64,000 nucleotides of DNA from Synechococcus sp. (GCA_047284725.1 JBJBEO010000001.1:96001-160000); one strand, 5' to 3'. Numbered from the stretch's first letter, positions 52,637-62,081 are shown. Numbers and translations are program-made. Notes: generated by a model from the letters alone, not told the origin.

Positions 52637-52896
52637 CTTTTGATCGAATTTTCTGAGATGCAGTGAGGATGCCTGCGCTACTTTGCTAATTTTTTGGAGG
52701 CAATGTGTGCTAATTAGTCTGCTTTGCTACAGCTGGCTGAAATTTAGCGCACTTTTTCTTGTGATGATTATTGGCAAAGGCCTACTGGAAAGTATCTCGC
52801 CTGTAATCAAGTCTTTGACAGGTTGGCCTTGCAACAGTTCGGTTGGGATGAAAAGGGCCCCTCCGGCTATTTAGATGTCGCTTGCCACTATGCTTG

Positions 52897-53496
52897 TTAT
52901 GAGTTCAGTTTCTTTTCGCCTTCCCCCGCCCGTACATTCTCTTGAAATGGATCGTAGTGATCGCCTATTTGAGCAAAGTTGGCCATGATGCAGTCCTTAT
53001 GAGCTTGATCAATAGGAATGCCATTCCCTTGGTGGATGTTATAAATATTTGGCAAACTGTTCTGGCATTTTTGCTTGCCACGTGAGTCTTGATTGCACGG
53101 TTTCGGCATCGTGCAAGTTGCAAGCCCACTCGCATAGATCCAATCAACTTCTCTCGTGTCGATGCATGAATGAAGTTTCACCATTCTTTGACATTGATGG
53201 CAATTGTCTTCAAAATTTTTTGCTTTCTTCGATAAGCGTTGAAGCATTCTTGCCATGGCATCCGAGCTGTACGACTTTCCCATGGAGGTGCAGATTGAGT
53301 GTGCGTACTCTCGGAATTCATTCCACTGAGTCGACCTAAGAAAACTTGCCGGTAGGAATGGGCTAGAAGGTATGGATCTAATAGTTGATTTCCTATGACG
53401 GCATCGACAATGTGTTGCAATGGCTTTAGGGGGCATCAGTCTGAGTGGTTTCAAGCGGCGCCTTGTTCTGGCAGGGTGAGATGTATAGGCCTCCAT
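52897..53496 (-). CDS. possible Cys-rich orphan protein
   Basis: 199-codon ORF in AT-rich DNA starting 16 bp after the upstream gene on the same strand; no recognisable motif. Confidence 0.35.
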   Translation of the reverse strand: MEAYTSHPARTRRRLKPLRLMPPKAIATHCRCRHRKSTIRSIPSSPFLPASFLRSTQWNEFREYAHSICTSMGKSYSSDAMARMLQRLSKKAKNFEDNCHQCQRMVKLHSCIDTREVDWIYASGLATCTMPKPCNQDSRGKQKCQNSLPNIYNIHQGNGIPIDQAHKDCIMANFAQIGDHYDPFQENVRAGEGEKKLNS

Positions 53497-53512
53497 GACA
53501 ATGACTTGGTAT

Positions 53513-54292
53513 TCATGGAGATTCGAGAATGGTTAGCGCCCGAAAAGTCAACAGCTTTGCCGGTTTGCCCTTTTTACCTTCGCTAGAAATCAGTAGGTCT
53601 CCGGATGGCAGAAAGGCAATGCCTTCAGGTTGGATCAATTGATCCTTGTTCAACGTCAGCGCTTCTTTGAAATCGCCGCTCAGCCCATAGCAGACGATCA
53701 TTTTTTTGCCTTTGGAACCAATGATGTAGAGATCTTCCGATTGAGGGTGCAGCGCAAGGCCGGACGGGTTGAAGTCGTCTTCTGAGCCATCCAGAAAGGT
53801 ACGACTGTCGATGGTGAGTACCGGCAAAGACTTCATCTGCATAGTTTGCAGGTCAAAGGCATAGATGTTTCGTGTGGGGTCGTTCTTGTTCGGCGACCCT
53901 TTGCAGGCGATCAACAGGCGATGTCTTTGGGCGTCATGGCACAAGCCTTCCGGGTCGTGTTTTTTCTGTAGTCCTAAGTCGTAACGTTGAACCTTGGCGT
54001 CTTTGCCTTGGAACCCCGTCACGCTGAAAATGGCTGGCTGCTTGCCTGCCTTCAGGAGATAAGCGGTCGTTCCAGCAATGGCAATGTCTTCTGAATCGCC
54101 ATCATCATGCTTGGCAAGTTTAGTGATTGTTCCGGTATTCAAGTCAAGGAGATGGGTCTGAACGGTCTCATCCTGAACAAACGCAACTCTGCCGTTGTCC
54201 TCCACTGGTGAGATCCCTGAAATTTCCTTGTACTGATCTGGCAGGGTATAGCTCTTCAATGGATGGCTAAAGTCATAGGGGAAACAGCTCAT
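53513..54292 (-). CDS. SdiA-regulated / YjiK-like beta-propeller protein
   Basis: Repeated blade motifs EISGI, DSEDIA, DPEGL, NPSGLA and QPEGIAF, then ISSEG. Confidence 0.8.
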   Translation of the reverse strand: MSCFPYDFSHPLKSYTLPDQYKEISGISPVEDNGRVAFVQDETVQTHLLDLNTGTITKLAKHDDGDSEDIAIAGTTAYLLKAGKQPAIFSVTGFQGKDAKVQRYDLGLQKKHDPEGLCHDAQRHRLLIACKGSPNKNDPTRNIYAFDLQTMQMKSLPVLTIDSRTFLDGSEDDFNPSGLALHPQSEDLYIIGSKGKKMIVCYGLSGDFKEALTLNKDQLIQPEGIAFLPSGDLLISSEGKKGKPAKLLTFRALTILESP

Positions 54293-54465
54293 GTCACTCG
54301 TTTCGCTGCAACGGAGGGGATGAGGTGATTGGAGCAACGATCCCGAGATGGAGACACACCATTGCGGCGAACAGTCACCCTTGATTGCAATATCTGCCCC
54401 GCGCTAATGGCGTCCATCGCCTACCTCGCCGCATCAGCATCAGAGGCGGAACTGTCCTGCTCCCC

Positions 54466-55341
54466 TCAGTTAGGACCGTTTCCTTCCGGTGGACCGTAAA
54501 ACCCCACTAACGCTTTGAGCTCCTCGAAACAGAGCATCAGCTCGGGGGTGCGGCCAGCCTGAAGCTCCACCAGGGCTTGGCGCATGGCGAAAGCGGCCGT
54601 GGAGAGCAGGGTGAGCGGATAGGCGACCAGGTCGAAGCCCATCTCCTGCAAACGCTCCGGCGTGAGCAAGGGGGTGATGCCCCCCTCGAGCATGTTCGCC
54701 ATGTGCAGCCCCGGTACCTCCTGGCAGAACCTCAGCATCTCCGCCTCGCTGCGGGGGGCCTCCAGAAACAACACCTCCGCCCCCAGTTCCGCGAACGCCT
54801 TCAATCGCCAGAGCGCTTCCTTCAGGGCAGCCTCCGGCCCCAGGCTTGCCTCCATCGCCGAGCGGGCATCCGTCCGCGCCACGATCACCAGATCGGCGCC
54901 CTGATCGCGCGCATCAATGGCCGCTTGAATCCTGGCGATTGCCGTGTCGCGATCCACCACCTCCTTCACGCGGGTGTGGCCGCAGCGTTTCGGGGCCACC
55001 TGGTCTTCCAGCATGATCCCGGCGAACCCGGCCTTGGCGAACTGCTGCATCGTGCGCCGCACGTTGGCGGCATTGCCGTGGCCCGTATCGCCATCACCAA
55101 TCACGGGGATCGACACGGCATCGCAGATCGATCGGCCCTGATCGAGCATCTCCGTCACCGTGAGCAGGCCGGTGTCCGGCAGTCCAGCGCGGGCAGCCGC
55201 CACCGAGAAGCCGCTCATGAAGGTGAGCGGGCATCCCGCCTGCTCCACCAGCCGGGCCGAGAGGGCATCAAAGCAGCAGGGCGTCACCAGGCAGGTGCTG
55301 TCCTGAAGGAGGCTACGCAGTCTCGCTGCAGGGCTCTGCAT
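54466..55341 (-). CDS. isocitrate lyase / PEP-mutase superfamily lyase (PrpB / oxaloacetate acetylhydrolase-like)
   Basis: FDALSA, SGF, DGDTGHG, EDQVAPKRCGH and IVARTDA. Confidence 0.9.
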   Translation of the reverse strand: MQSPAARLRSLLQDSTCLVTPCCFDALSARLVEQAGCPLTFMSGFSVAAARAGLPDTGLLTVTEMLDQGRSICDAVSIPVIGDGDTGHGNAANVRRTMQQFAKAGFAGIMLEDQVAPKRCGHTRVKEVVDRDTAIARIQAAIDARDQGADLVIVARTDARSAMEASLGPEAALKEALWRLKAFAELGAEVLFLEAPRSEAEMLRFCQEVPGLHMANMLEGGITPLLTPERLQEMGFDLVAYPLTLLSTAAFAMRQALVELQAGRTPELMLCFEELKALVGFYGPPEGNGPN

Positions 55342-55497
55342 CGTCGTTTCCTCGATGGTGAAGAGTGTTCAGTTCGGGCCGCCGCATGGCTGCCTCAAGG
55401 CTTGTGTTGCTGTCTTCGAACGATCGGCCGACGCAGTTGTTTGGTAGTCATAACGGTCAGGAATCGTTGTCGTTGATCGAGCGTCAAGCATGGGAGG

Positions 55498-56547
55498 TCA
55501 AGTCTGCTCCTTGCTGATTTGACTTCCTGGAAATTCGATGGGCTGGCCCGTGCTCGCATCAATGCGATCCAGGGATGCTCCGTGATATTGGTTGAGCAGA
55601 AGCTTCACCACATGCTCTCCATATTGTTGATACCAAAAATCTCCCATTTTTCTCAACTTGATGATGTTGTCGGGGCTGACGAGATCCATTGCATTGTCGG
55701 GTACGTCGGTTTCCGTCAGTCCTCGCTGGGCTTTGATCTCCGAGTCCACGCGGATGTAGTTACCTGGCTCGGCAATAGTGATGGCCTGATAAGCCACGAC
55801 ATGCTCGTCGCTCAGCACCTCTAGAAGCTTCCCCTTGAAAAACCAGTCGAGGAACCCCCATTTTTGTGATTGTTTGCCGTTGATTTTTTCTGTGCGATGG
55901 CCTGTGCCAACTGAAACAACTCTCAGCTCGCTTATGGGCATTCCCCACGCCCGCTTTGCTTCGGCAATCGCGCACATTGTTGGATTGTTTGCGGTCACTC
56001 CCCCGTCGACCAGCCATTGGTTTTTGCCGTTGTCCGGGTTTTGTAGCTCGTTTGTTGGGAAAAAGGTTGGTGCTGCGCTCGACGCGTCTGCTACCCGATA
56101 AGCATCTAGATTGAGATATTTTTCTTTCGTTGATTTAATTACTCTGGGCCTTCTGTCTTCCAGGGAGTAGGTCAAGGCAAGTACGTGCTTGTCGTCCGGG
56201 ACTGCGCCAATACTGCTGCTTCCAAGGTAGGAGCTGAGGACACTTGTTTTTCCTGCTCCTTTGTATTTTGGGCTGAACAGCCTGCTGGTAAATCTGCGCT
56301 TGGAAAAAATGTTTTTCGCATTTTTGTGGCTGTAGAGCTCGTCGATTTCTTTGGCTGAAAGGTCTGTTGTGGCAAGCGCAATCGCAATGATGCTGCCAGT
56401 GCTCGTACCTGCGTAAAAATCAATGCAGTCTCTTAGCGACTTGCTGTGGTGCGTGAGTAGATCGTCCTCTACTCGCCTAAGGAACCGAGCAGATGCTGCG
56501 CCTCTGATGCCGCCTCCATCCAGTGACAATATCAATTTGCCCGACAT
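55498..56547 (-). CDS. patatin-like phospholipase
   Basis: LSLDGGGIRG, GTSTG (catalytic Ser), SSAAPTFF and DGGV.ANNP (catalytic Asp). Confidence 0.95.
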   Translation of the reverse strand: MSGKLILSLDGGGIRGAASARFLRRVEDDLLTHHSKSLRDCIDFYAGTSTGSIIAIALATTDLSAKEIDELYSHKNAKNIFSKRRFTSRLFSPKYKGAGKTSVLSSYLGSSSIGAVPDDKHVLALTYSLEDRRPRVIKSTKEKYLNLDAYRVADASSAAPTFFPTNELQNPDNGKNQWLVDGGVTANNPTMCAIAEAKRAWGMPISELRVVSVGTGHRTEKINGKQSQKWGFLDWFFKGKLLEVLSDEHVVAYQAITIAEPGNYIRVDSEIKAQRGLTETDVPDNAMDLVSPDNIIKLRKMGDFWYQQYGEHVVKLLLNQYHGASLDRIDASTGQPIEFPGSQISKEQT

Positions 56548-56721
56548 TTGCGCGAGTGAAGCAGATGGCTTTATGTCTAATCATGTTGTTTTGTTTTTGC
56601 CCTAATCCGCAAAAATATTAATTTTGCTATCTGCTTTCTTCCGGAAGCTATGGTCGCAGTTCTGCGTGGGGCTGCATTGTTTTTGGTGTTGATCTGATTC
56701 CTGTTTGTGGTGGATTTGCCG

Positions 56722-58398
56722 TCATGACGAGCAGCTGTAGTGCGCGATGCCACCGGCATGGAACAGCTCCCGTGGCCGCAGCTGGCAGTACTTGGCCTGA
56801 ATCGCCTCAGACGGGGTGGCGTAGGGGTTGCTGAACACCGCTTGCAGCTCCTGGATCAGCGCCGTCTCCCCCCCCTCCGCCTGTTGATAGGCGGGGGCGA
56901 TCAGCCACTCCCGCCAGGCGATCGCCGGGTTCACCGTTTGCATGGCGGCCGCAACCGCGTCGTGGGCGTCGCTGTCGCCGAGCTGGTGGCGCCATTGCGT
57001 TAGCCATGTCTCCCACTGTTGATCGAGTGCCTCGGAGCTCGGCACGTAAAAGCTCTCTTGCACAGGTTCCAGCGATGCAGGGAGGGTCGACAGCGCCCGG
57101 AAGCAGAGCGTGTAGTCGGCCCGTGATTGCGCCATCAGCGCCAGCAGCTCCCGCACCAGGGCGGGGTCGGGCTGGCTGAGGCCCAGCTTGCGGGCCCACA
57201 TCCCATCCAGTGTCTCCTCCATCACAGTCGCAAAATCCTTGCGGATCTGGTCGAGCTGCTCCAGGGCCGCCGGGTCCCCCACCAGCAGCGGCCTGAGGGC
57301 GCTCCAGAGCATCTGGAAATTGGCTTCCGCCGCCGCCGGTTGATTGAAGAAGCAGAAGTGCTCGCCGCCGCCGGTCCAGGGCTGGAAGCGGGGATCAAAC
57401 AGTTCGCAGAACCCGAAGGGTCCGTAATCGAGGGTGTAGCCACCGGCGGCGCAGTTGTCGCTGTTGAAGTTGCCCTGGCAGTAGCCGACCCGCATCCACT
57501 CGGCCACCAGGTGGGTGAGGCGTTGGCGGAACTGGCGCGCCAGCTCCACCACCTGCTCCGCGAAGGGCAGGGCCGGATCAATCGCCTCGCGGTAGTTGCG
57601 ATCGATCAGATGGGCCGTGATCAGCTCCAGTTCCTTCAGGGCCTGGGGATGGGCCTCGCTCCGGGCCCGGCGGGCGAACAACTCCAGCTGGCCCACCCGC
57701 AGGAACGACGGCGCCACCCGGGTGGTGATCGCAGCGGCGTTGTCGACCATCACATCGGGATCGAGCGATCGCGACTGCTCCGAATACCAGGGGCGCAGCA
57801 CCCGTTCTCGCTGCGATCGATAGAGCGTCAGCGAGCGGGAGGTGGGCACCCCCAGGGCATGCATGAACTCCTGGGCCAGAAACTCGCGCACGCTGGAGCG
57901 CAGCACCGCCCGGCCATCGGCTCCCCGGCAATACGGGGTCGGGCCACCGCCCTTCAGCTGCATCTCCCAGCGCTGGCCTGCAAACACCCCTTCGAACACC
58001 GAGAGGGCGCGGCCATCGCCATAGCCGTTGCCGGTGCCGAAGGGGCACTGGCGGATGTATTCCGTGCCGTAGATCGAGAGGGCGTAGCCCGTGGCCCAGC
58101 CGTAGGCCGGCATCGCTCCGGTGGCAACGCTGGCATCACCGGAGAACCAGCGCTGGAAGGTGGCGTCGTGGGCGAGCGCGTCGCTCAGCCCCAGCTCCCG
58201 GAACAGGCTGCTGCTGTGGGCCACGTATGCCGGCTCCGGCAGCGGCGTGGGGGTCACGGGCACGTAATGGCCGGAGAGCACCTCCCGCGCCCGGTGGTCA
58301 TGGCCATCGCTGGTGGCGTCCGGATCCCGGTTCAGCGCCTGCAGCAGGGAATAGTCCGCGTGCTTTGCAAATGCCGGGAACGTGGCGGTGGCGGGCAT
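56722..58398 (-). CDS. selO: protein adenylyltransferase SelO / YdiU
   Basis: [50 protein letters not shown] and C-terminal CSS. Confidence 0.93.
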   Translation of the reverse strand: MPATATFPAFAKHADYSLLQALNRDPDATSDGHDHRAREVLSGHYVPVTPTPLPEPAYVAHSSSLFRELGLSDALAHDATFQRWFSGDASVATGAMPAYGWATGYALSIYGTEYIRQCPFGTGNGYGDGRALSVFEGVFAGQRWEMQLKGGGPTPYCRGADGRAVLRSSVREFLAQEFMHALGVPTSRSLTLYRSQRERVLRPWYSEQSRSLDPDVMVDNAAAITTRVAPSFLRVGQLELFARRARSEAHPQALKELELITAHLIDRNYREAIDPALPFAEQVVELARQFRQRLTHLVAEWMRVGYCQGNFNSDNCAAGGYTLDYGPFGFCELFDPRFQPWTGGGEHFCFFNQPAAAEANFQMLWSALRPLLVGDPAALEQLDQIRKDFATVMEETLDGMWARKLGLSQPDPALVRELLALMAQSRADYTLCFRALSTLPASLEPVQESFYVPSSEALDQQWETWLTQWRHQLGDSDAHDAVAAAMQTVNPAIAWREWLIAPAYQQAEGGETALIQELQAVFSNPYATPSEAIQAKYCQLRPRELFHAGGIAHYSCSS

Positions 58399-58486
58399 CG
58401 ATGGCGCTGCTGCGGACTCCCATCATCGGTTCGCCGGCCCTAAGACGGGGAGAGGTGAAGACGTACCGCGCACGGGAGTGGTTGAG

Positions 58487-59959
58487 ATGACGCAGTCGTT
58501 TCAGGACCTGCAGCGTGCCCTGCAGCCCGATGCCGCCCAGGATCCGGCGCCGGGGGATCCCTGGGATGTGCTGGTGATTCCCTCCATCAACCTCAGCCCG
58601 GAGCAGATGACCCTGGTGAAGGGGGTGCATCACTACGAGGAACGTCAGCTGTTCGAGCTGATCCGGCTGCGCCAGCCCCGGGCCCGCATGGTGTTCGTCA
58701 CCAGCAAGCTGCTGCCGGATCTCGTGGTGGATTCGGTGCTGGAGCTGCTGCCGGGGGTGCCGATCTCCCATGCCCGCCAGCGTCTACGGCTCTTCGACAC
58801 CGACGACGCCAGCCCCAGGCCCCTGGCCGCCAAGCTGCTGGAACGCCCCCGGTTGCTGGCCCGCCTCGCCGCCTCCCTGCGGCCCGGCCGCAGTTACATC
58901 AGCTGCTTCAACGTGGGGGATCTCGAGCGTCGCCTGGCCGAGGCCCTGCAGATCCCCCTGCTCGGGTGTGACCCCGGCCTCAGCCACTGGGGCAGCAAGG
59001 CAGGCGGTCGTGAGCTGTTCCGCCGCTGCGGTCTGCCCCATCCCGATGGCTCTCCCCTGGTCCACAGCCAGGAGGATCTGCTCGAGGCTTGCCTGGAGCT
59101 GGTGGGCCGGCAGCCCCAGCTGGCGCGGGCCGTCGTCAAGCTCAACGAGGGCTTCAGCGGCGAGGGCAATGCCCCCCTGGAGCTGGCCACCCTCGCCCTG
59201 GCGGACTGCTCCGAGTCGGAGCGGCGCCAGCGGCTGGGCCAGGCCCTGGCCGTGCTGCCGATGCCCGCGCCCCACTGGCAAGATTTGCTGCCCACCCAGG
59301 GAGCCCTGGTGGAGGCTTGGTTGCTTGGAGGTGATGAGGTTACCTCGCCTAGCGTGCAGGGGATGATCCATCCCGGCGGACGGGTGGAGGTGCTCTCGAC
59401 CCATGAGCAGCGTCTGGGCGGCCCCAGCGGCCAGACCTACCAGGGTTGTCAGTTCCCGGCCCATGGGGCCTACCGGATGGAGCTGCATCGCTGGGGGGAG
59501 GCCGTCGGTGCGCAGCTGGCCGCCCTCGGTGCCCTCGACCATTTCTCGGTGGACGCCCTGGCCCGTCGCTTCGGGTCGGGCTGGGATCTGCAGGCGATCG
59601 AGGTGAACCTGCGCAAGGGGGGCACCACCCATCCCCATCAGGTGCTCCGTTTCCTCAGCAACGGTCGCCTTGATCCGGCCACCGGCGCCTTCCTCTCGCC
59701 CCGTGGTTCCACCCTCCACTACATCGCCACCGACAACTTCATTGACCCCCGGCTGCGGGGATTGCTGCCGGTGGATCTGATCGATGCAGTGGCCGATGCG
59801 GGCCTGCATTTCGATGCCCTGCGCGAGAGCGGCAGCGTGTTTCATCTGCTCGGCTGCCTGTCGGAGCACGGCAAGATTGGGATGACCTGCATCGGCACCA
59901 GCCTGGATGCCGCTGAACGGGTCTACGCCCGCACGCAAGCCCGCCTTCTGGAGATGTGA
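58487..59959 (+). CDS. PGM1-related ATP-grasp peptide ligase family protein
   Basis: HYEERQLF, WGSKAGGR..F, VVKLNEGFSGEGN, SPSVQ, STHEQ.LGG, GC.FP and EVNLRKGGTTHP. Confidence 0.82.
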   Translation: MTQSFQDLQRALQPDAAQDPAPGDPWDVLVIPSINLSPEQMTLVKGVHHYEERQLFELIRLRQPRARMVFVTSKLLPDLVVDSVLELLPGVPISHARQRLRLFDTDDASPRPLAAKLLERPRLLARLAASLRPGRSYISCFNVGDLERRLAEALQIPLLGCDPGLSHWGSKAGGRELFRRCGLPHPDGSPLVHSQEDLLEACLELVGRQPQLARAVVKLNEGFSGEGNAPLELATLALADCSESERRQRLGQALAVLPMPAPHWQDLLPTQGALVEAWLLGGDEVTSPSVQGMIHPGGRVEVLSTHEQRLGGPSGQTYQGCQFPAHGAYRMELHRWGEAVGAQLAALGALDHFSVDALARRFGSGWDLQAIEVNLRKGGTTHPHQVLRFLSNGRLDPATGAFLSPRGSTLHYIATDNFIDPRLRGLLPVDLIDAVADAGLHFDALRESGSVFHLLGCLSEHGKIGMTCIGTSLDAAERVYARTQARLLEM

Positions 59960-59962
59960 TGA
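59953..59962 (+). repeat. right copy of 10-bp direct repeat GATGTGATGA bounding the island
   Basis: Identical to 39009-39018; provides the ligase stop and the hisC start. Confidence 0.7.
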
Positions 59963-61086
59963 CGCCGCCACCCGCTGCTGACGGGGGACTGCCTGCCCGC
60001 CCGGATGTGGAGCGCCTGCGGGCCTACAGCGCTCCACTGGAGGGGCGACGCGGCATGCTTCGCCTCGATTTCAACGAGAACACGGTGGGCCCCAGCCCCC
60101 GGGTGGTGGAGGCCCTGCGGGCGATCCCGGCGGAGGAACTCGCTGTCTACCCCGAGTACGACGGCCTGCGGGAAGCGGTGGTCGCCAACCTCACCGCGGC
60201 CCCGGTGGGCCTCGCCCATCCCCTGGTTGCCGCCAATATCGGCGTCTTCAACGGCGTCGACGCGGCGATTCACGCCGTTCTGCACGCCTACGGCGCGGCC
60301 GGCGACACCCTGCTCACCACCAGCCCCACCTTTGGCTACTACGCCCCCTGCGCCGGCATGCAGGGGATGACGATCGAGGCGGTGCCCCACGCGATGCCGG
60401 GGTTCGTCTTTCCACTGGAGGGGATCCGTGAGGCCTTGGCGCGACGTCCCCGGGTGCTGATGCTCTGCAACCCCAACAACCCCACGGGCACCCGTCTGGC
60501 TCCTGAATGCGTGCTCCAGCTGGCCGCCTCGGCGCCCCATACGCTCGTGGTGGTGGATGAGCTCTATGAAGCCTTCACCGGCGACAGCGTCCTCCCCAGC
60601 GCCGATCTCAATGCCCTGCCCAACCTGCTGGTGTTGCGCTCCCTCGCCAAGACCGCCGGGCTGGCGGGGCTGCGCATCGGTTTCGCCATCGGCCATGCCG
60701 ATGTGGTCGATCGCGTCAGCCGCGTCACCGGCCCCTACGACGTCAACAGCCTGGCGGTCACCGCGGCCTTCGCCGCCCTGGGGGATCAGGCCTACACCGA
60801 CGACTACGTGGCGGAGGTGTTACGGGCGCGTGATTGGCTCGCAACGGCACTGACGCGAGCTGGTGTGTCCCACCACGCCGATGGTGGCAACTACCTGCTG
60901 GTCTGGCCAAGCCGTGATGCGGCTGCGGTGGAGGCGGAGCTGCGGGCGGCCGGCATCCTGGTGCGCTCCATGGCCGGCAAGCCCCAGATCGACGGGGCGC
61001 TGCGGGTCAGCGTCGGCACCATGGAGCAGATGCAGCGCTTCTGGGAGACGTATCAGCAGGTGGACGGTCTTGGCCGTGCCGTCTGA
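59959..61086 (+). CDS. hisC: histidinol-phosphate aminotransferase
   Basis: LRLDFNEN, YPEY, CNPNNPTG, VVDELY and RSLAKTAGLAGLRIG. Confidence 0.85.
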   Translation: MTPPPAADGGLPARPDVERLRAYSAPLEGRRGMLRLDFNENTVGPSPRVVEALRAIPAEELAVYPEYDGLREAVVANLTAAPVGLAHPLVAANIGVFNGVDAAIHAVLHAYGAAGDTLLTTSPTFGYYAPCAGMQGMTIEAVPHAMPGFVFPLEGIREALARRPRVLMLCNPNNPTGTRLAPECVLQLAASAPHTLVVVDELYEAFTGDSVLPSADLNALPNLLVLRSLAKTAGLAGLRIGFAIGHADVVDRVSRVTGPYDVNSLAVTAAFAALGDQAYTDDYVAEVLRARDWLATALTRAGVSHHADGGNYLLVWPSRDAAAVEAELRAAGILVRSMAGKPQIDGALRVSVGTMEQMQRFWETYQQVDGLGRAV

Positions 61087-62077
61087 TCAGCCGTCGCTCC
61101 TCTTGCTGACCACCGGTGGCACCATTGCCGGCCGCGGTGACGGCAGCACCAGGCTTAACACCTATGCCGCCGGAGCCTTGCGGGGGGAGGAGCTGTTGGC
61201 GGCCGTGCCGGAGCTGCAGCAGGTGGCCACGATCCGCGTGATCAGCGTGGCCGACGTCGACAGTGCCGATCTGCAGTTCACCCACTGGACGGCGCTGGTG
61301 CACTGCATTCGTGAGGCCTTTGCGGCGGATCCTTCCCTGGCCGGGATTGTGATCACCCATGGCACCAACACCCTGGAGGAAACGGCCTGGCTGTTGGAGC
61401 TGGTGATTGAGGATCCGCGCCCTGTGGTGCTGGTCGGTGCGATGCGACCGGCCACGGCCCTCAGTGCCGATGGCCCGCTGAACCTGTTTCAGGCGGCGCA
61501 GGTGGCGGTCAGTGCCCGCGCCCGGGGGGTGCTGGTGGTGATGGATGGTGAGATCCATGGGGCCCAGGCCGTCACCAAGGTGGCGACCCAGGGGGTGGGA
61601 GCGTTCCGCAGTCCCGGCCGGGGACCGCTGGGATGGGTCGACGATGCGGGTGTGCATCTGCCCAGTGCCGCGGCAGAGCGACCGGTGCCGTTCGCTGGTC
61701 TGGCGTTGCCGGCGCAGTGGCCCCAGGTCGCCATCCTTCAGGGCTGTGTGGATCCGCCGGCGGCGCTGATTCCCGCCTTGCTGCAGGCCGGGGTGGAGGG
61801 ACTGGTGTTCACGGGCACCGGGGCCGGTCAGCTGTCGGCGGTTGAACGCACGGCGCTGGCGCAGTGGTCAGGCTCCCTGCCGCTGATGCTGCGGGCCAAT
61901 CGCTGCGGCTCCGGGCCCGTGCATCACTGCGATGAGCATGGCCAGCTTGGCCTGATGCCCGCCGGTTCGCTCAGCCCCCAGAAAGCCCGGGTGCTGCTTC
62001 TGCTGGCCTTGATTGCTGGTCAGGATCATGAGGCCCTGGAGCGGATGCTGCAGGGCGTGCTCGGCCTGGTGCCCTGA
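61076..62077 (+). CDS. L-asparaginase family protein
   Basis: TTGGTIAG, VDS, THGTNTLEETA, VGAMRP..A.SADGP.NL and L.PQKAR.LL. GTG start at 61076 is inferred. Confidence 0.9.
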   Translation: MPSDQPSLLLLTTGGTIAGRGDGSTRLNTYAAGALRGEELLAAVPELQQVATIRVISVADVDSADLQFTHWTALVHCIREAFAADPSLAGIVITHGTNTLEETAWLLELVIEDPRPVVLVGAMRPATALSADGPLNLFQAAQVAVSARARGVLVVMDGEIHGAQAVTKVATQGVGAFRSPGRGPLGWVDDAGVHLPSAAAERPVPFAGLALPAQWPQVAILQGCVDPPAALIPALLQAGVEGLVFTGTGAGQLSAVERTALAQWSGSLPLMLRANRCGSGPVHHCDEHGQLGLMPAGSLSPQKARVLLLLALIAGQDHEALERMLQGVLGLVP

Positions 62078-62081
62078 AGGA

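Larger units (their letters stand above)
39019..59952. mobile_element. accessory genomic island inserted between argS and hisC (no integrase seen)
   Basis: Sharp GC drop right after argS (e.g. 21/60 GC in line 46621 versus 43/60 in line 36301), non-core gene content, and flanking 10-bp direct repeat. Confidence 0.72.

Noticed and set aside
54466..55341. PEP mutase indicating phosphonate biosynthesis
   Set aside because: The active-site loop is EDQVAPKRCGH (lyase type with catalytic Cys), not the EDKxxxxxNS of true PepM, and no phosphonate genes lie nearby.
55498..56547. CBASS anti-phage system
   Set aside because: A patatin is present, but no CD-NTase, Cap2/Cap3 or other CBASS gene is visible in the window.
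56722..56740. Selenocysteine read-through at the selO TGA
   Set aside because: The protein already ends in the normal bacterial Cys-Ser-Ser, and the TGA follows it as an ordinary stop.
39019..59952. Prophage, ICE or IS element
   Set aside because: No integrase, transposase, phage structural or conjugation genes were recognised, and no tRNA lies at the borders.
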